Below are positions 36,858-52,350 of a stretch of 64,000 bases of DNA, in pieces. Position numbers and translations under genes: made by a program. The stretch is from Octopus sinensis (Eukaryota), in contig NC_042999.1 in the NCBI RefSeq assembly GCF_006345805.1, positions 127,844,001-127,908,000 of the forward strand. The letters run 5' to 3'. Each line of letters opens with the position of its first letter. Position 1 is the stretch's first letter. Below the pieces are notes generated by a model. That model saw only the letters and a program-made list of their open reading frames with translations, was not told the DNA's origin and searched no databases.

Positions 36858-39309
36858 GTAAGTTCCTTCACTTTCTTTATCCCCTTTTTATACAATAATG
36901 CACTTGCCAAATATACTGCAGCTGTTGAATAACTGTTCATAGTCATCATGCGTATTTAGTTTCTCTATCGATAAAAAGTAATTTTGAAATATGATATTGA
37001 TTTTTCATTTTTTTTGTTTTTTGTTATCGTTTCTACTCCCCCTTCACACATTTACAGTCTCTTCATCTTGCTTCGTTTTTCTTCTTTAATACATTTTTTA
37101 TTTCTTAGTAGATTTATTTCTGGAGTAAATACTAAGTTTTCATGTGATTTAGGATGATTTCAAACAGAGTTGAAACTGTTGGCTCTTGTAACCATCTGTT
37201 GTTGGGAAGTATGTACTTGCAATGACGGTTATAACTCTTGTTGTTTAGAGTAGCAACAACATTCTTGTTGGGCGCCACCTATTTTGTTATCATTGCCCGT
37301 TTATACTCTCAAAATCAACAACCTTAGCACCAGTCAAATGTTTGGCTAAAAATTTTTAGTCTTAGTAAGCCATGCAAAACGCATATTCGAATGTGTTGAC
37401 TACGTCGCACTTGAAACTCTGACACATCTGTCCCTCCCCGAGATCGAAGTCTAGTAAATATGATTTCCTTTGATTGACTGTTTTTTTTAAACTTGATCTT
37501 TTATTAAACAGCAGCGATGAGTCTGAGTTGGGTCCTAATCAACCCACCGATGTCCATGTAATCGGGACTTCGATTTAATATTTTAGATAAAGCACTGTGC
37601 AACAAATTGTTTATTAATTACTCCTATGAATAAACATTTATTTTGGGTTTTATATAAACTTTCAGTGTTTCTTTTGTTTCCACTTATATAGCTTGAATTG
37701 TGGGAGTTCTGCATCTTAATTTTTTTGTTTTTGTTTTTAATTAGAACTATTAAGGATTTGAAAGCAATTAGTTTTCACTGTTAATAATTACTACACTGTT
37801 GTTTTACAACTTGTAGTGAGTACCACTCTTCATAACAAGTATTGTGTCATTATTTACGATATAATGTCTAACACAAGAAAGTTCTTCAAAACGAAACAAA
37901 CTCAATTTTTATATCTGGCTATTCCAAATATATATATATATATATTATAGATTATGATATATAAAAGTTAAAATGTGTTATTAAAAATTTCATTAATAAA
38001 AACAATCCTGTCAACACCGACAAGGATCCAATGTGACCAGGACTCAACAACTTCAGTGTGTTGAGCAAATGAAAGGTGGATGAATTCTTCCTTGTTAATT
38101 CAGTTATCTAATCATCTTAGTTTATCAAAGTTAATTTTCCCAGAACAGCCTATCATCTAATTTCCTCAGTTTTGTGAACTGGGTGAATATGAAATGAAGT
38201 TATACAGAAATAATCAAATGCTTGCAATAGATTTGAGCCCATGATACGTGGACTGACTGTCCAGTATCTGTTCTACTGGATCCTTTCGCTATTATCGCCG
38301 TAATGACGAAAAGTTTCGAACATCAGAATTAAATTCAGCTGTTGAAAGTGTTATCAACATATGGAAATTTCTGTCTTTTCACTATCTCCCCCAGTACGAT
38401 GTCAGTAGAAGAAAAAACCTACCAGTAATCCTTTTAAAGTTGATTTTTTAAATTCAAATATTAGTTTGACTCTAGCTGCAGCAAATCGCTTACAAGTTCC
38501 TGGTAATTGGTATTATTAAATTGTTTGTATGATTTTAATTAACTTGCTATATTTCTGTCCTTCAATCTCTGCCTACCAGTAATAGTAGTATGTTATAAAC
38601 CTTAGTATTTATCATTTATTCATAGATAAACATTGATAATTTCATTTTTAAAAGGAAAGCATTTTGGGCTGTTTTTTTCCCTTCTTTTACATCTTCAATC
38701 AGTTCTTGACTATTCTCAAAATTAAACAAATGATTAAAAGATTTTGATCATTGCATTCCTTTACTATTTTGTTGAGATTTATCTGTTGGTAAGAGGTATC
38801 ATGATTTTTAATTGTTTTTCTTGTTTTATACATTCAAACTGACAGGTGTTGTAGTTAACTAGCCCACATTTATCTTGTTAAGGGAAATTTTTGCCTAAAT
38901 ACTTGCATGAAACTGTAATACTATAGCTATTATATTATACTCTTCATTCAAAAATAGTCTGGTTGCTAATATGTTTATCTTTAATTTTCTTTTTATGTAT
39001 AAATTGTTTCACCTGTGTTGCTTGATATAAATTGTTGAAATCTCTGTGACATTTCAATTTACATGAAATAATTAGTGAAAGAGCATAAACTTAAGACTAA
39101 TAAATATCTTGGACAAAGCAGCATCAGTAGATTGCTTCACATAGAAGTAAAAACAAATTCTAACCTAACTGTGCTGATACCATCATTATTCTACCATTTA
39201 CAGTATTATTGTTGTTTAATAATCCTAGTAAAATGGTAGGTTAGAGATGGTGATACTGACATGAAGAGGTCAAGTATATGAACATGGTGTGTTGGTCAGT
39301 AAATGTGTA

Positions 39310-39780
39310 CCTGAAAGATATTGGTGTAATTGGGAAATACTTGAATCAGAAGATGACTGAAACATCAGTGCATGTTTTTGTTTCATCATGGCTGGACAAT
39401 GGAAATGCACTTCAGATCAGATGATTACAACTCATTCAAAATACTGTAAGTGTGAAGAGAAAGAAATTTGACCATACCTCCAAGTTCATGAGAGCTCTAC
39501 AATGTAATGGCTCAATTTGCTGACAGTCAAAGCTGCACATGAGCTTGCTCCTCAATACATAAGTGAACTGTTTCAGCGGATAGAGTAAACTGTGTATCTA
39601 AGATCAAGTGGAATTGAATTACTCGTTATACCAGGCACTAAAATGATGTACTGAGGTGATCAGGTTTTCTTTAAGTTGGTTTCAGCTATCTGGACTGAAT
39701 TTCCTCTGTCTGTATGAATTGCGCCATTTATTTGTGTTGGCTTTCAGAACAGATTTGAAGACGTATCTTTTTAGGAAACA
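39310..39780 (+). mobile_element. Decayed L2/CR1-group LINE 3' end
   Basis: Remnants of IGKYL...VH.FV.S.LDNGNAL, KFDH, APQYISEL, LRSS and LKTYLF. Confidence 0.7.
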
Positions 39781-42700
39781 CCAGTAGTGAACCATTTTCC
39801 AAAGTTTTATGTTTATATGTGTATATATGAATAGATGATAAGGACACCTATAAACATTTTCTTGTTTTCAAAGATTTATGGTACCATATAAGTGCTTTAT
39901 TATTATTATCATAAAGGTGGCGAACTAGCAAAGTCATTAGCACAACAAACAAAATGCTTAGCAGTATTTTGTCCATCTTTATGTTCTGAGTTCAAATTCT
40001 GCTGAGATTGACTTTGCCTTTTATTCTTTCAGGGTCAATGAAATATGTACCAGTCAAGTACTGGGGTTGATGTTATCAACTTGCCCCCTTCCTCTAAATT
40101 TCAAGTCTTGTGCCTCTATTTAACAATGATTATTATTTACCTACTGAAATGTTTAAAGTTTCCAAAGATATTCCATTTTGATTAGAATGTTTCCATAGAT
40201 ATTTTATTTTGGCCACTGTTCTGAATACAGTTGATCAAGGAAGTGACAAAACTGGAGACCACTTTTCTGTCTTTAGCTACAATGATTTTTAAGAGTAGGA
40301 TTAATTTCTAATTTTCTTATGATCATGTTGATTGAAGTAAATCTTCCCTAATTAGCTCTTTTACAATAGTTTAGATTTCTTGATGGACTACTTATTTCCC
40401 AGTTGGGTAAATTGAGCCAAAGTTGAGTGACTTTCAAAATACCTCAATTTAGCATATGCAGGAAACTGAATTTTCAAGCTCATGAGCCTAGTATTCACAA
40501 ATGTTGTCATTCTAGTCACACCAAGTTTATCTAAATGCAGTCATAGTGCACATGATTCTTTACATTCAGAAGTTTTATTCATTTCGGACCCAGTTACATT
40601 CAAGAATGTCAAAAGCCTGCAGTAATATTAGTGTAACAATGCCACAACACTATCCAGAATGAACTGATTTAATTCCCTTTGCTATTCAAGAACAATGTAA
40701 CATCACTCGTTATGTTTGTTCTTGTATCAGTTGTTCACATCACAATCTTCATTCATGGCCTGGAAAATCATTCAGAGTTTAAGGAAATGATTCTTCATTT
40801 TATGCAGTATTGGTATTTGTGTTATTGTTTATTTGAATTGCAATAATATTGTACTGTTTGCACTTGAGAATCACATCTGTACTGTTTCCTACTTGAAATA
40901 TAAATTTAGCTTGTTATGATTATCATTTCTTTTACATCAATACCAAACTGAAGTTACAGTTTCATAATAAATTGTTATTGGTGATTGTATTTGTCTGATC
41001 ATCAAAGTAGATACACTAAGAATAATTTTTGAATGAGTGAGTGTTCTGTAATTGAAAAGTATGTGACTCCAGTATGTATTCATATAACCTTTACATGGTG
41101 AATATTAAAAATGCACTTTAACACAGTCTTTCTTTTGGTAATCTCATTTGATCCTGGATGCTATGAAGATCTTTCATAGTTTTACGTCTGATCTTATCAT
41201 GCCATATACCCAGTTCACTATCCTGAAATCCCACATTCCTAGACACCAATGTTTCTGGAATAACATTTCTGGGAAACACACTTCTTAATATCTGTTTCTG
41301 CTTTTCATTATTAACCCTTATTTCAAAGGCTGTGAATTATCAGAATCCTTAGGACACTTGGCAAAATGCTTAGTGGCTTTTCTTCTGGCTACACTCTGAG
41401 TTCAAATTCCACCAAGGTGCTTTTCATCCTTTTAAGATTAATAAAGTAAGTAGCAGTTAAATACTAGGGTTGATGTAATTGACTTACCCTGTCCCCTGAA
41501 ATTGCTGGCCTTGTGCCAAAATTTCATAATTATTTACATAAGTGTTATCCATATGCATATAGATCCATACTTTAATTTCTTTAGGCCATGTGTGCATTCT
41601 GTGAGGTTATTCCAATTTTAGTCTAGCACACGTTGGACATCTTTTTACATATTGCTCCTCATATAACTCTCATCAGACTGCCATACTTCTAATTTCAAGC
41701 AGTTCCTTCTTGACATGTAGACAATGTATGCTATCATACACAGCATAATTAAGGTTATCAAACTAGTTGGTGGAACAATTCCCTTTACTATCTTCAACAG
41801 TTAACTAAATTTGAATGGCTTTTCAACCACAGAACAATAACTCCAATTATTAAAAAAAAAAAACCCTTTTAGTTCACTAGATTAAATATCATAAGTATTC
41901 TTCAGTTGTATAATTACATTTTAGACCAAGATACCTGGTGCCTTGTTATGGCCAAGAAGACCCACCCTCCACTGCAGAATTGTTAATGCTGCTACTCCTG
42001 CTTGTGGGCCCTATGTCAGTGTGACATAAAAAGTACCCATACTGGTACCACATAAGGGCACCTATGCTGGTGCCATGTAAAAAGCACTCATCATACTGTA
42101 AAGTGGTTGGTGTTAGGAAGGGCATCCAGCCATAGAAACCCAGTTAAATCAGACTGGAACCTGCTCTGCTCAATCCATCCAATCTATGCCAGCATGGAAA
42201 GCAGATGTTAAATGATGATGATGATGATAATCAATGTTTCAACAAGCTGAATGAAAGAATCTTCATCAGCACAATCATAGTTCCTTCAAACCAATATTAA
42301 GAAAGTTCAATTGTAACAATACATCAATATGTGATATTTGAGATCCCTTTACATATTTCATACTTTGAATGCTATTATTTGTAATTCCTATTTGAAAAAA
42401 AAAAAAAAAAATTGTCCTGATGTTATTTTTGGTAAACCACAGTTTTTGCCAAAAATATAGCCTATGATATGAAGCTAATTTAAATTTCTGTCAATTAGAA
42501 AAAGCAAGGAAAAAAAACCATGCTTCTCAAGTACATCATACAATTGTCAAAGCTTCATTTTAAGTATTTAAGTATCTGACTTCAGCTGTGGTTAATACTC
42601 TTAAACAATATAATACAAAATGACCATCTTGTGAAAATAATCCTGAGCTTGAAAACGGAAACGTTTTAGGCACAGGTGTAGCTGTGTGGTAAGAAGGTTG

Positions 42701-43084
42701 CTTCCTAACCACATGGTTCCACATTCAATCCCACTGCATGGCACCTTGGGCAACTTCTACTATAGCCTCGGGCTGACCAAAGCCTTGTGAGTAGACTTGG
42801 TAGATGGAAACTGAAAGACGCCTGTCATATATATATATATATTATATATTTATGTGTATGTCTTTGTGTCTGTCTGTCCCTCACTATTACTTCACAACTG
42901 GTGTTGGTGTGTTTACATCCCTGTAACATAGCACTTCAGCAAAAGAGACTGGTGGAATAAGTACCAAACAACTTGGCAAGTGTCTTCTGCTATAGCCCCA
43001 AGCTGACCAAAGTCTTGTGAGTGGATTCAGTGGACAGAAATTGAAAGAAACCCATCATATATATATATATATATAATATATATA

Positions 43085-43144
<60 letters not shown>

Positions 43145-46100
43145 GTTGGTGATTGTCTTTAAAGAATGTCACCATCATAGAAGCAGTGTCCTTTTCCAGT
43201 TTTTGTGAAAACATCTCTGGACATGGAGAGGACTGGAGACACGAAGGGCATCCAGCTATAGAAAATCTGCCTCAATAAAGTTCATCTGACTCGTGTGAGT
43301 GTTGGACATTAAAAATAATGGCAACAATGGTCTCACTGGATGCTTTCTGAAAAATGAAGCATCAAGTTTATGAAGTGCTGCAAGAGGTATTGTGGGGTTT
43401 TAATAATGATTACTAAATCTTTCATAGAAATTAACTGCTCTTTATTATTTTGTAGTTTTATATCCTAAGTTTTGTGAGTGGATTTAGTAAAGAGAAACTG
43501 AAAGAAGCCCCTCCCTTTCTCTATTCCTACTGCCTACCCAACCACGGCCACGTATCATCTCTCTCTTGTCCTCTCTTGTCAGTATATCACTGTTACTATA
43601 CTGTTGCACTCCTCTCTCTTCAGCATCCCTCTACCTTCTCCAACTCATGCCTCATTGGTCATTCCCCACCTCTTATCCATTGCTCCTTATAATCACCTTT
43701 TGACTTTATAGATATTGCCTACTTCCCCTTCCCTCTGCTCTTCTATACACTCTCGAATACCCTCACCCACCCATACTCCTAGTTCTTCCACCTTCACTCA
43801 CTTCTACTCACCTTGTACTTTGAGGAGTCATCTGAATACCTCATTACCACTATCTCTTTGCAGCTCTTACTGATCATTCTCACCTTCTCTTTGAAATGTG
43901 AGTGGCCACACAGCTTCTCTATGAGAACCTGCTCTGCCACCCCAACTTCTCTCATACTTTTAACCCCTCATATCCTAGCACAAAACCCCTGCTTTGGGTT
44001 TCATAGTCTTGCTAGATGCATGGCGGCCTCACTAATGCCAATGGCATGTAAAAAGCTCCCAGTTCACTTTGTGAAGTGGTTGGCATTAGGAAAATAATTC
44101 AGGTGCAGACATCCTGTATGGTAAGAAGCTTGCTTCCCAACCACATGGTTCTGGGTTCAATCCCACTGCATGGCACCTTAAGTAAGTGTCTTCTATTATA
44201 CCTTTAGACTGACCAAAGCCTTGTGAGTGGATTTGGTAGACAGAAACTGAAAGAAGCCCATCATATATATTTTGTATATATTTATGTATGTGTCTGTGTT
44301 TGTCCCCCCCACCATTGCTTGACAACTGATGTTGGTGTGTTTATGTCCCTGTAACTTTGCAGTTTGGCAAAAGAGACAGATAGAATAAGACCTGGGGTCA
44401 GTTCCTTCAACTAAAACCCTTTAAGGTGGTGCTCCAGCATGGTCACAGTCAAATGGTTGAAATAAGCAGAAGAATAAAAGAAAGAAAAGAATATCAGAAA
44501 ATATGATGTCTCCTCCTACCCTGTACACTTTGTAAAGAGATTGACATTTGAGCATGAGAATCGTAGGATCAAGAGAACACTTTAGACTTGTTAAGGATGT
44601 GTCAACTTCTCTAGTGCTGGTGTCACATTAAATTGCACACACTACACTTTGTAAAGTTATTGGTGAATGAGAGGAAATATTGTAGGATCAGGGTCACCAT
44701 TTAGTCTCATCTTGAGCTGGTACAATGATAAAATTCATCCAGTACACTTTATTAAATGGTTGTCAATTGAGCAAGACATAGCATCAGGAGGGCCATATAG
44801 TATTGTCTTGCCAAGTACATGACAACCTTGCTAGGTGCTGGTGCCATTATAAAATGTATCCAGTGCACACTGTTAAGTGGGTGGTGTGAAGATGGACATA
44901 GTAAATGTGCGAGAATGAAATGAACAGGTGAGATGTGGTCCCCCAACTATGCTTAAGAAGGCAGTAGTTCTGAATAAAAACTGGCATGAGTTTTGACAAC
45001 TCATTCAAACTGTGCCAGCATAGAAAGAAAGTGAATAAGATGATGATCTTCTCAACAAATTCACATCTACTTGGTATAGTCTCCACATATTCTGACAGGC
45101 CATTTGCTCCCTCTAGAAGAGCTTCATTTATAAATTTCCCTAGTTGTCTTCAAGCTTAAACTTTTCAAGTTAATGTTAAACTATTGACAATTCTTAGGTT
45201 CTTATCAAGCAAAGAATGATTTATTCACATTCAAAGACAGTGACGCTCTCAACTTGTATCTCTTATCAATTCTCCATCAAATTGTTTTAGTTTGGTATCA
45301 CACTTTCTTAAAGATTGGTTTGTTCAAGTCTGTCCACACGTTCTGAAATATTAGAGTTATCTAGCTGCTATTATCATCTTGTATTTATTTTATTAACATT
45401 ATTGAGTTTCACATTTGTCACTGAGTTGTTTTTTTTATGCCAATTTTATAGTGAAAGCTTGGCTTGTCAATCCTTTTCAGAAAAGTCACCACAGTGATAA
45501 CTGACTTGTGGCAACCAAGTGTTCACAGCAACATCATTTTTTGATCCTTCAATGTCAACTCTTCATATCCTTGTGAAGAAGAATTTGAATTGTTCACTAC
45601 AAAATTTTCCTCTTTCATTTTCTCAACTGAATTATAAAATGCACTACATCTTAATGGTGCATGCTTATATCTGCAAAAGTGACACATATAATCAGATTTA
45701 TGCTTATTTCTATTAATGATATCATTAAGATCACTTTTGCTTTCTATTTTAACATTTCAATGATCTGAAATTTAAAAATTATTTTGAGTTGTTAGATGAA
45801 TTCAATGAATGCACTAAGCTTTAGACTACTCATTTCAACATTGTCTAATACTTTCATACAATGTTTTCATGACTACGTGTCATGAGTTATTCGAAGCATA
45901 TCATCCTCAGCTCTCTGTCCTTTAGTTCCAATTTTATCAAATTCTTAAAAAGCAAACTGACTTATGTAATCTTTCAGAATAACTTTGAATTAATTTAGTT
46001 ATTAATTTAGATTTTGTGGTAAGAATCTGACCTTTTCAGAAATTAACAATTTCTTTTGAGGACAAACTAATGACATTATCTCAGATCTTGTGCTGCTAAA

Positions 46101-46599
46101 ATTCATTGTCAAGTTCCAGAGTTTCACCAAAACTTTTTGTATGACCATCATTTCTGCCTTAGATAAAAAATGAGTTATTTGTTTTTTGTCATTAGTATCC
46201 AGATCTTCCAATTTTGCCTGGCAGCAAACTGTAGCAGCCAAGCTTCTGTTACATCTGGGTCATTGAGTGGATGTTCATTGATACTATCCAGCAATGTCGT
46301 TATCATATTGTACAGAATTTATCCAAATATATTCATAGTTGCACATGAGTATGGATATTCAAAAGTTTTATTGAACTGAATAGTTAGGCTGCTGTATTGC
46401 ACTTCTTATCTTTTTGCAGTCTTAGAATGCATAGGGCTTCAATGAATATTTGCCAAACACACTGACCTTGTGTCATTTTTCTTTACCTGTTCCTGCATTT
46501 TTCATCCACTTCCCATCACATTGTTTCCCCTCATGATTTTCACATGATTTTTCACTTGCTAGCACAGAAATAAAAAAAAAAATTGATATAGGCATCAGA

Positions 46600-46935
46600 G
46601 TGGCACCTTAGGCAAGTATTTTCTACTATAGCCTTGGGCCGACCAAATCCTTGTGAGTGGATTTGGTAGACGGAAACTGAAAGAAGCCCGTCGTATATAT
46701 GTATATATATATGTATGTGTGTATATGTTTGTGTGTCTGTGTTTGTCCTCCCAACATCACTTGACAACCGATGCTGGTGTGTTTACATCCCCGTAACTTA
46801 GCAGTTCTGTAAAAGAGACTGATAGAATAAGTACTAGGCTTACAAAGAATAAGTCCTGGGGTTGATTTGTTCGACTAAAAGGTGGTGCTCCAGCATGGCC
46901 ACAGTCAAATGACTGAAGCAAATAAAAGAGTAAAG
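46600..46935 (+). mobile_element. OR-like tRNA-derived SINE (5' truncated)
   Basis: Near-identical to 47760-48080. Confidence 0.85.
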
Positions 46936-47701
46936 AGAATTAGCATAACAATTAAATTAGTGGTTTTATGAAAGTTTTATTTTCATTTACACTTGCATGC
47001 AACTGTTTTCTTCTTTTAATAAAATTTTGAGAATTAGAAAGTGTGTTGATTTTAGTAACTTCTTTGCTCTTTTGAGATTTTATCTTAAAAACAGAAATTG
47101 AAAATGAACCAATTAGTTTTGATCAAAGAGTCAACACTGTAATGTCTTGGATTGTAAACTTGAGTCTTAGGAATGCATTTAACTAGATCTACCAGAGTTT
47201 ATTTTAAAACCAGTTAAATAGTCAGCAGGGAATTAATTTCCATACAATTCTCTATTTGAATACTGTCAAATGAAAAAATATTATAAAATTGAAACATAAT
47301 TTGCCAAGTTGTACCAAATTTAAGAGAGAACTTAGTAATAAAGATGGGAGTTGGATTGCATTATCACCCTAAGATCAATTTGTTCAAACTAGATCTGTTT
47401 TTATCTGATTCAGATAGATAATGTTCAAAGTTTTTCTTCAGTCAGTATTTTTTTTTCTTTTAATATAAAGTGGATGCATTAACATAAACAGTAAATGACT
47501 AGTTTTATGCTTTGCATTTCAGTGTTCAAATCCCACCAAGGCTTATTGATAATTAAGTAGACTATAGGACATAAATAATTAGCTGTCATCTCTCTTTTAC
47601 AAAAGTGGGTTTTGTATTAGACAAAAATCATCATCATCATAATAGGCATTGTTGTGTGCTTCAGAAGTTTGCTTCATAGCCATTGGACAAATGTCTATAT
47701 A

Positions 47702-48080
47702 GGCGTAGGAGTGGCTGTGTGGTAAGTAGCTTGCTTACAAACCACATGGTTCAGTCCCACGGCATGGCACCTTGGGTAAGTGTCTTCTACTATAGCCTCG
47801 GGCCGACCAAAGTCTTGTGAGTGGATTTGGTAGACGGAAACTGAAAGAAGCCCGTCGTATATATGTATATATATATATGTGTGTGTCTGTGTTTTTCCCC
47901 CCAACATCGCTTGACAACCGATGCTGGTGTGTTTACGTCCCCGTAACTTAGTGGTTCGGCAAAAGAGACTGATAGAATAAGTACTAGGCTTACAAAGAAT
48001 AAGTCGTGAGGTCGATTTGTTCAACTAAAGGCAGTGCTCCAGCATGGCCACAGTCAAATGACTGAAACAAGTAAAAGAGT
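47702..48080 (+). mobile_element. Young full-length OR-like tRNA-derived SINE with internal (TA)/(TG) microsatellite
   Basis: tRNA-like head (ggagtggctgtgtggtaag...ggttcagtccc), CORE-like ggcaccttgggtaagtgtcttctac, internal microsatellite and tail gactgaaacaagtaaaagag, with CpGs retained. Older copies lie at about 24945-25300(-), 28690-28840(-), 42670-42990, 44110-44490, 51125-51510 and 55540-55720. Confidence 0.88.
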
Positions 48081-49028
48081 ATTGGAACAGGTATGGTTGT
48101 GTACTTAAGATGTTTGCTTTGCAGCCAATTGGTTCCAGATTCAGTTCCACTGCACAGCAACATGGACAAATGTCTTCTGTTATAGCACCAGGCTGACCAA
48201 TATCTTGTGAATAAATTTGGGAAACAGAAACTGTATGGAAATCTACAATATATGTGTGTGTGTTTGTGTATAAATATTTACATTCCACAGCTTTGTTTGT
48301 GACTAGCTGAGTAAAGCAGTGACATGATTACTTCCCTTGTTGATAATAACCAGTTGTTTGATGATTTTGAGATACTGTGGAAAATAAAAAATCGTTTGCT
48401 TGAAGAACAGGTAAGGATAGGTCAACAGGAAGCACATTCAGCCATAAAATCCTGCTTGGACTAAGCTGGGGAAAACAGACTTTAAGCCAACAAATGAGTG
48501 AGCAAGTCTATAATATAAAATCTCTCTATCCAGTCTCTCATCCTACAACTTGTCTTTTATAAAGCTTATCCATAACATTTCCTCCCATGATTTTTCTAGT
48601 GGTTTCTTCTGCTACAGGTAAATACTCTTACTACCAACTTGTAGCATGTACTCCTCATTTCCTTTACATATCCATACAAGCATAATTGTCTCTCCTGATC
48701 ACATTGTTCTTTACCTTTCTTATCCAGCTGCTCTATCGACTGTCCAGTCTTTCTTAAATTAAAATATTGCATTCATTGGCCATATTTTGTTCATCTCTTT
48801 CTGACCACTGTAGATCTGTGGAACTCCTCGCTCATCTGTCACCGTTTTATAGCATCTCACATTCTATGCATGTCTCTTACATTCTACTCTTTCTCCAATA
48901 CATCTCTTAAGTAGAACTTATCCTCAGCTTATCACAAACTTAGTAGCTCTGACTTATATTGTATGATTACATAATACTCTATAAATTTGGGCTATCTAAA
49001 GTTCTGGACACCTTATAATCTCCCCCTC

Positions 49029-49069
<41 letters not shown>

Positions 49070-49694
49070 ATCTTACTTTCTATTTCTTATATATACAGTA
49101 CTAAATTTGTATTTTAGCCATTCCTACATTCTGTGTACACTAAATGGAACTGGGGCTTAAGTCTTATAGCTATTGAATAGTTTGTCTTAATCATGATGAT
49201 CTTTAGGCCTTTTATCTCTTGGCTACTTTATCACATTTCAAACTTTTTCTGTAGCTCTCTGATAGATTCTGTGACGAGATCCAGCCAGTTCTGAACACCT
49301 GCTTATTTACTTCAAATATATAATGAAGAAAAGAGGGCTGTGGACAAAGCCCCAGTGAACATCCATCTGCATGGTAAATTATCTTGCTAATTGCACTTTT
49401 TATATGACTTGAACTATTATCTGAAGCCATTCATCCACATATATGTTTCACCAAATTATAGAATGTGACAAACCAAAATATCTGTCTGCAAATTGAAAAA
49501 TGTATTATGAGGTTGTTGTTTTTTTTTTGTCCTTTACTACAAAAATTCATTTAATATTTCTTCTAAAAAATTAAGATACACTAGCAATGCAGGTAGAACA
49601 TAAAATATCAATAACAATGATATTGGAATTTTTCCTTGGAAGTATTTGATTAGGCCTGAAATCTAGAGTTAAAAACTCTTTTACAAAGATTTAA

Positions 49695-49901
49695 CCCATT
49701 AGTATTCAGATTACTCTGTCAACTGTATTGCTTATTTAGTCATATTATTTTGAATTAGTCATGCTTTGAGATTTTGATGATGTGATTGTTTATTTTCAGA
49801 ATGACAATATAGGATAGGTGTGAGAAGCTGCATCTGGTCAATTTGAGCATAAATCAGACAGAATATTTTGGCTGGATATGACCAGTTTAAATGCTAAAGG
49901 G
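49695..49901. mobile_element. ~207-bp piggyBac-type MITE
   Basis: TTAA|cccattagtatt ... aatgctaaaggg|TCAA. Confidence 0.7.
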
Positions 49902-51829
49902 TCAATGAACAAGGGAAATAAATATAAATTACATGTCTATTCCACCGATGTGTCAAATCTGAGTGGAATATTAAAATTGAGGTATAGAATTTAGGGTAGA
50001 TGGATTATGTTTTGAGGATTAGCAGTATCATAGTGGGCTGATGTGTTTAAAGAGGAACTGGGTCAAGTATTGTGATGTATGATGCATGGTCTTTATAGTA
50101 TCAATTGATAATCCTTCAGTTCTAGCTGGTTGCTAAATGTTAATTCTTTTATTATTATCAAAAGGGCAGCAGTTTACCAATATTACAGCTTATGGTAATT
50201 GCAATGTCCCTACTCATCTTCTTGCACTTTTCAGAGTTTTTTTTTAAATTCTAATATGTGTATGTTGCAGTGTTCTTTGATTCAGACATGCAACAGCCAA
50301 ACTGTGTTACTGATATAAACATTCTGTGGACAAGATGCTCTGGATCTCATTTATATTTGCAGCCACATTTCTGTGTTGTGGGTGGGGCTTTTGACCATCA
50401 CAGAGGTTTTTGTCATCAGGTATCTGTTTGTTTGATAAACATTTCCATAAGAACATTCCCTGAGTGAATCAGCTGCATATTTAGCTTATCCTGTCCAGAT
50501 CACCCTACATTCAGTGTCAAAGTAGGGTAACAGAAAACAAACTTACCCATATCTAACAATAATGCAGCAAAATATATCAGGTTATCCATACTACACAATT
50601 CCCCAAAGTTCCTAAAAGCCAGTGGATACTCAGTGTCTGTACCAGTTATCTTTATGGTCCCAAGCCCAAGGAACAAGAATCCAATAAGAGAAAGAAAAAA
50701 AACAAAAACAAAGCTAGTAATTGACTAGCTAGAATTGAATAAGTGCTAAAGTATATTAAAAATACCTTTTAAGTGCTCTCTATAGATTTTCTATTTAATT
50801 TATGGCTAGTACTGAATGATACAACATTTTGTATATGAATATATTTGTGTAAACAGTGTGATCGAAGATAGAAAAATTAGTAGTGTATAAGCATGTTTCA
50901 GGAGATCTTGCTCCTTTTTCAGGACCACATCCAGCTCATTGAAACATAATACATAAGCTCAAATTCTACATCTGCATGCAAGTGGTAATTTGAATATCAC
51001 AGAAAAATTCAACATGCTAAAAGAATGGCTATATAATTTATATCTCTCTCTCTTGTTCTCTGAATACTTTGAAGAGTGATTTTTAACTCAAAATATTAGG
51101 ACTAATTAAATATTTCTAAAGTATAGGCACAGGCATGATTGTGTAGTAAGAAGCTTGTTTTCCAACCAAACAACTCCAGGTTGAATTCCACATTGGGCAA
51201 GTGTCTTTTACTATAGCTTCAGGCCGACCAAATCCTTGTGAGTTGATTTGGTAAATGGCAACTGAAGGAAGCCCGTCTTATATTTATGTATGTACATATC
51301 TGTATGTGCATCTTTGTGTTTGTTCCCCAATCACTGCTTGGCAACCAGTGTTGGTGTGTTTACATCCCCTCAACCTAGCAGTTCAGCAAAAGACCCTGAC
51401 AGAATAAGTGCTAGGCTTAAAGAATAAGTTCTGCGTTTAGTTTGTTCAACTAAAAACCCTTCAAGGCAGTGCTCCAGCATGGCCGCAGTCAAATGACAAA
51501 CAAATAAAAGAATAACATTCAACATGTCATATTTGATATTTAATGTTCTTCCTGCATTCATAGTCCCTATTTTTGTGATAGGAATTTTAGAGATATTTGC
51601 TGGTCCCTGTTTCTAATGGTATTTACTACAACATTCAGTTTGTGGGCATAACCTTTCCAGTTCAATCCCTAAACTCATTACATTGATAATTCAGGTAGTT
51701 AATTTCTGTATGAAGTCAATGCCCATAATTTTCCATGCCCTTCTAGATTCTTTTACATAACTACAAAGGCTTTAGCTATCTCATTGCTCTTAATCTCTTC
51801 ACAAGATACTTAGTCTTTATCTCAACTAC

Positions 51830-52350
51830 TGTACTTTGTGCTAGATAGCAGTGATGTACAAAATTCTTGGAAAACATATCAGTTAACATTTTTAGCTGTA
51901 TCATTGTTTGTAGTATGGATGATAGGTAGTAATTCTATTTTGTATAGTGACTGGAAGAGCATGCTTTTGAATACAAGTGACCAAAATGAGGTTTTCTTGG
52001 AGGATCACTGGAGTAAGTTGCTCAACGGAGTGCTTAGCATGGAGATCAGGGAGTCTCTCCAGGTCAAATAACTACTGTTTTGAATTGAGAGCTCTGGTGC
52101 TATGGACAGGGGATTAAAATATCACAAAAAAGGGATTCCAAGATAGATTTTTCAAGCTGAGCCAACCAGTAGGAGACTTAAAGGTAGAACAAGAATGTGA
52201 CAGTTGGATAGTATCTATAGTCTCAGTTGGTCATGCTTGAGAATCCAATTGGAAAGTGTAATGAGGGTTGCTTCTGATAGGACCCTATGGAAGAGGTACC
52301 TGAGGTACTCCCACAAACCCACTCAGGAATAGTGGGCAGTAAAAATGGAT
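51830..52350 (+). mobile_element. Decayed RTE-type LINE 3' fragment
   Basis: Homologous to 7330-7650 (caagctgagccaaccagtaggagac...atagtctcagtt...gcttctgatagg...ctatggaagaggtacctg). Confidence 0.65.

Noticed and set aside
38043-38065. Hairpin ctcaaca...cagtgt...tgttgag as an iron-responsive element
   Set aside because: The 5-bp upper stem next to CAGUGU does not pair and the C-bulge geometry is wrong.
45500-46520. Short ORFs suggesting a DNA transposase remnant
   Set aside because: No catalytic motif or TIR could be identified.
47702-47775. tRNA genes at A/B-box-containing segments
   Set aside because: All continue into SINE bodies and do not form complete cloverleaves.
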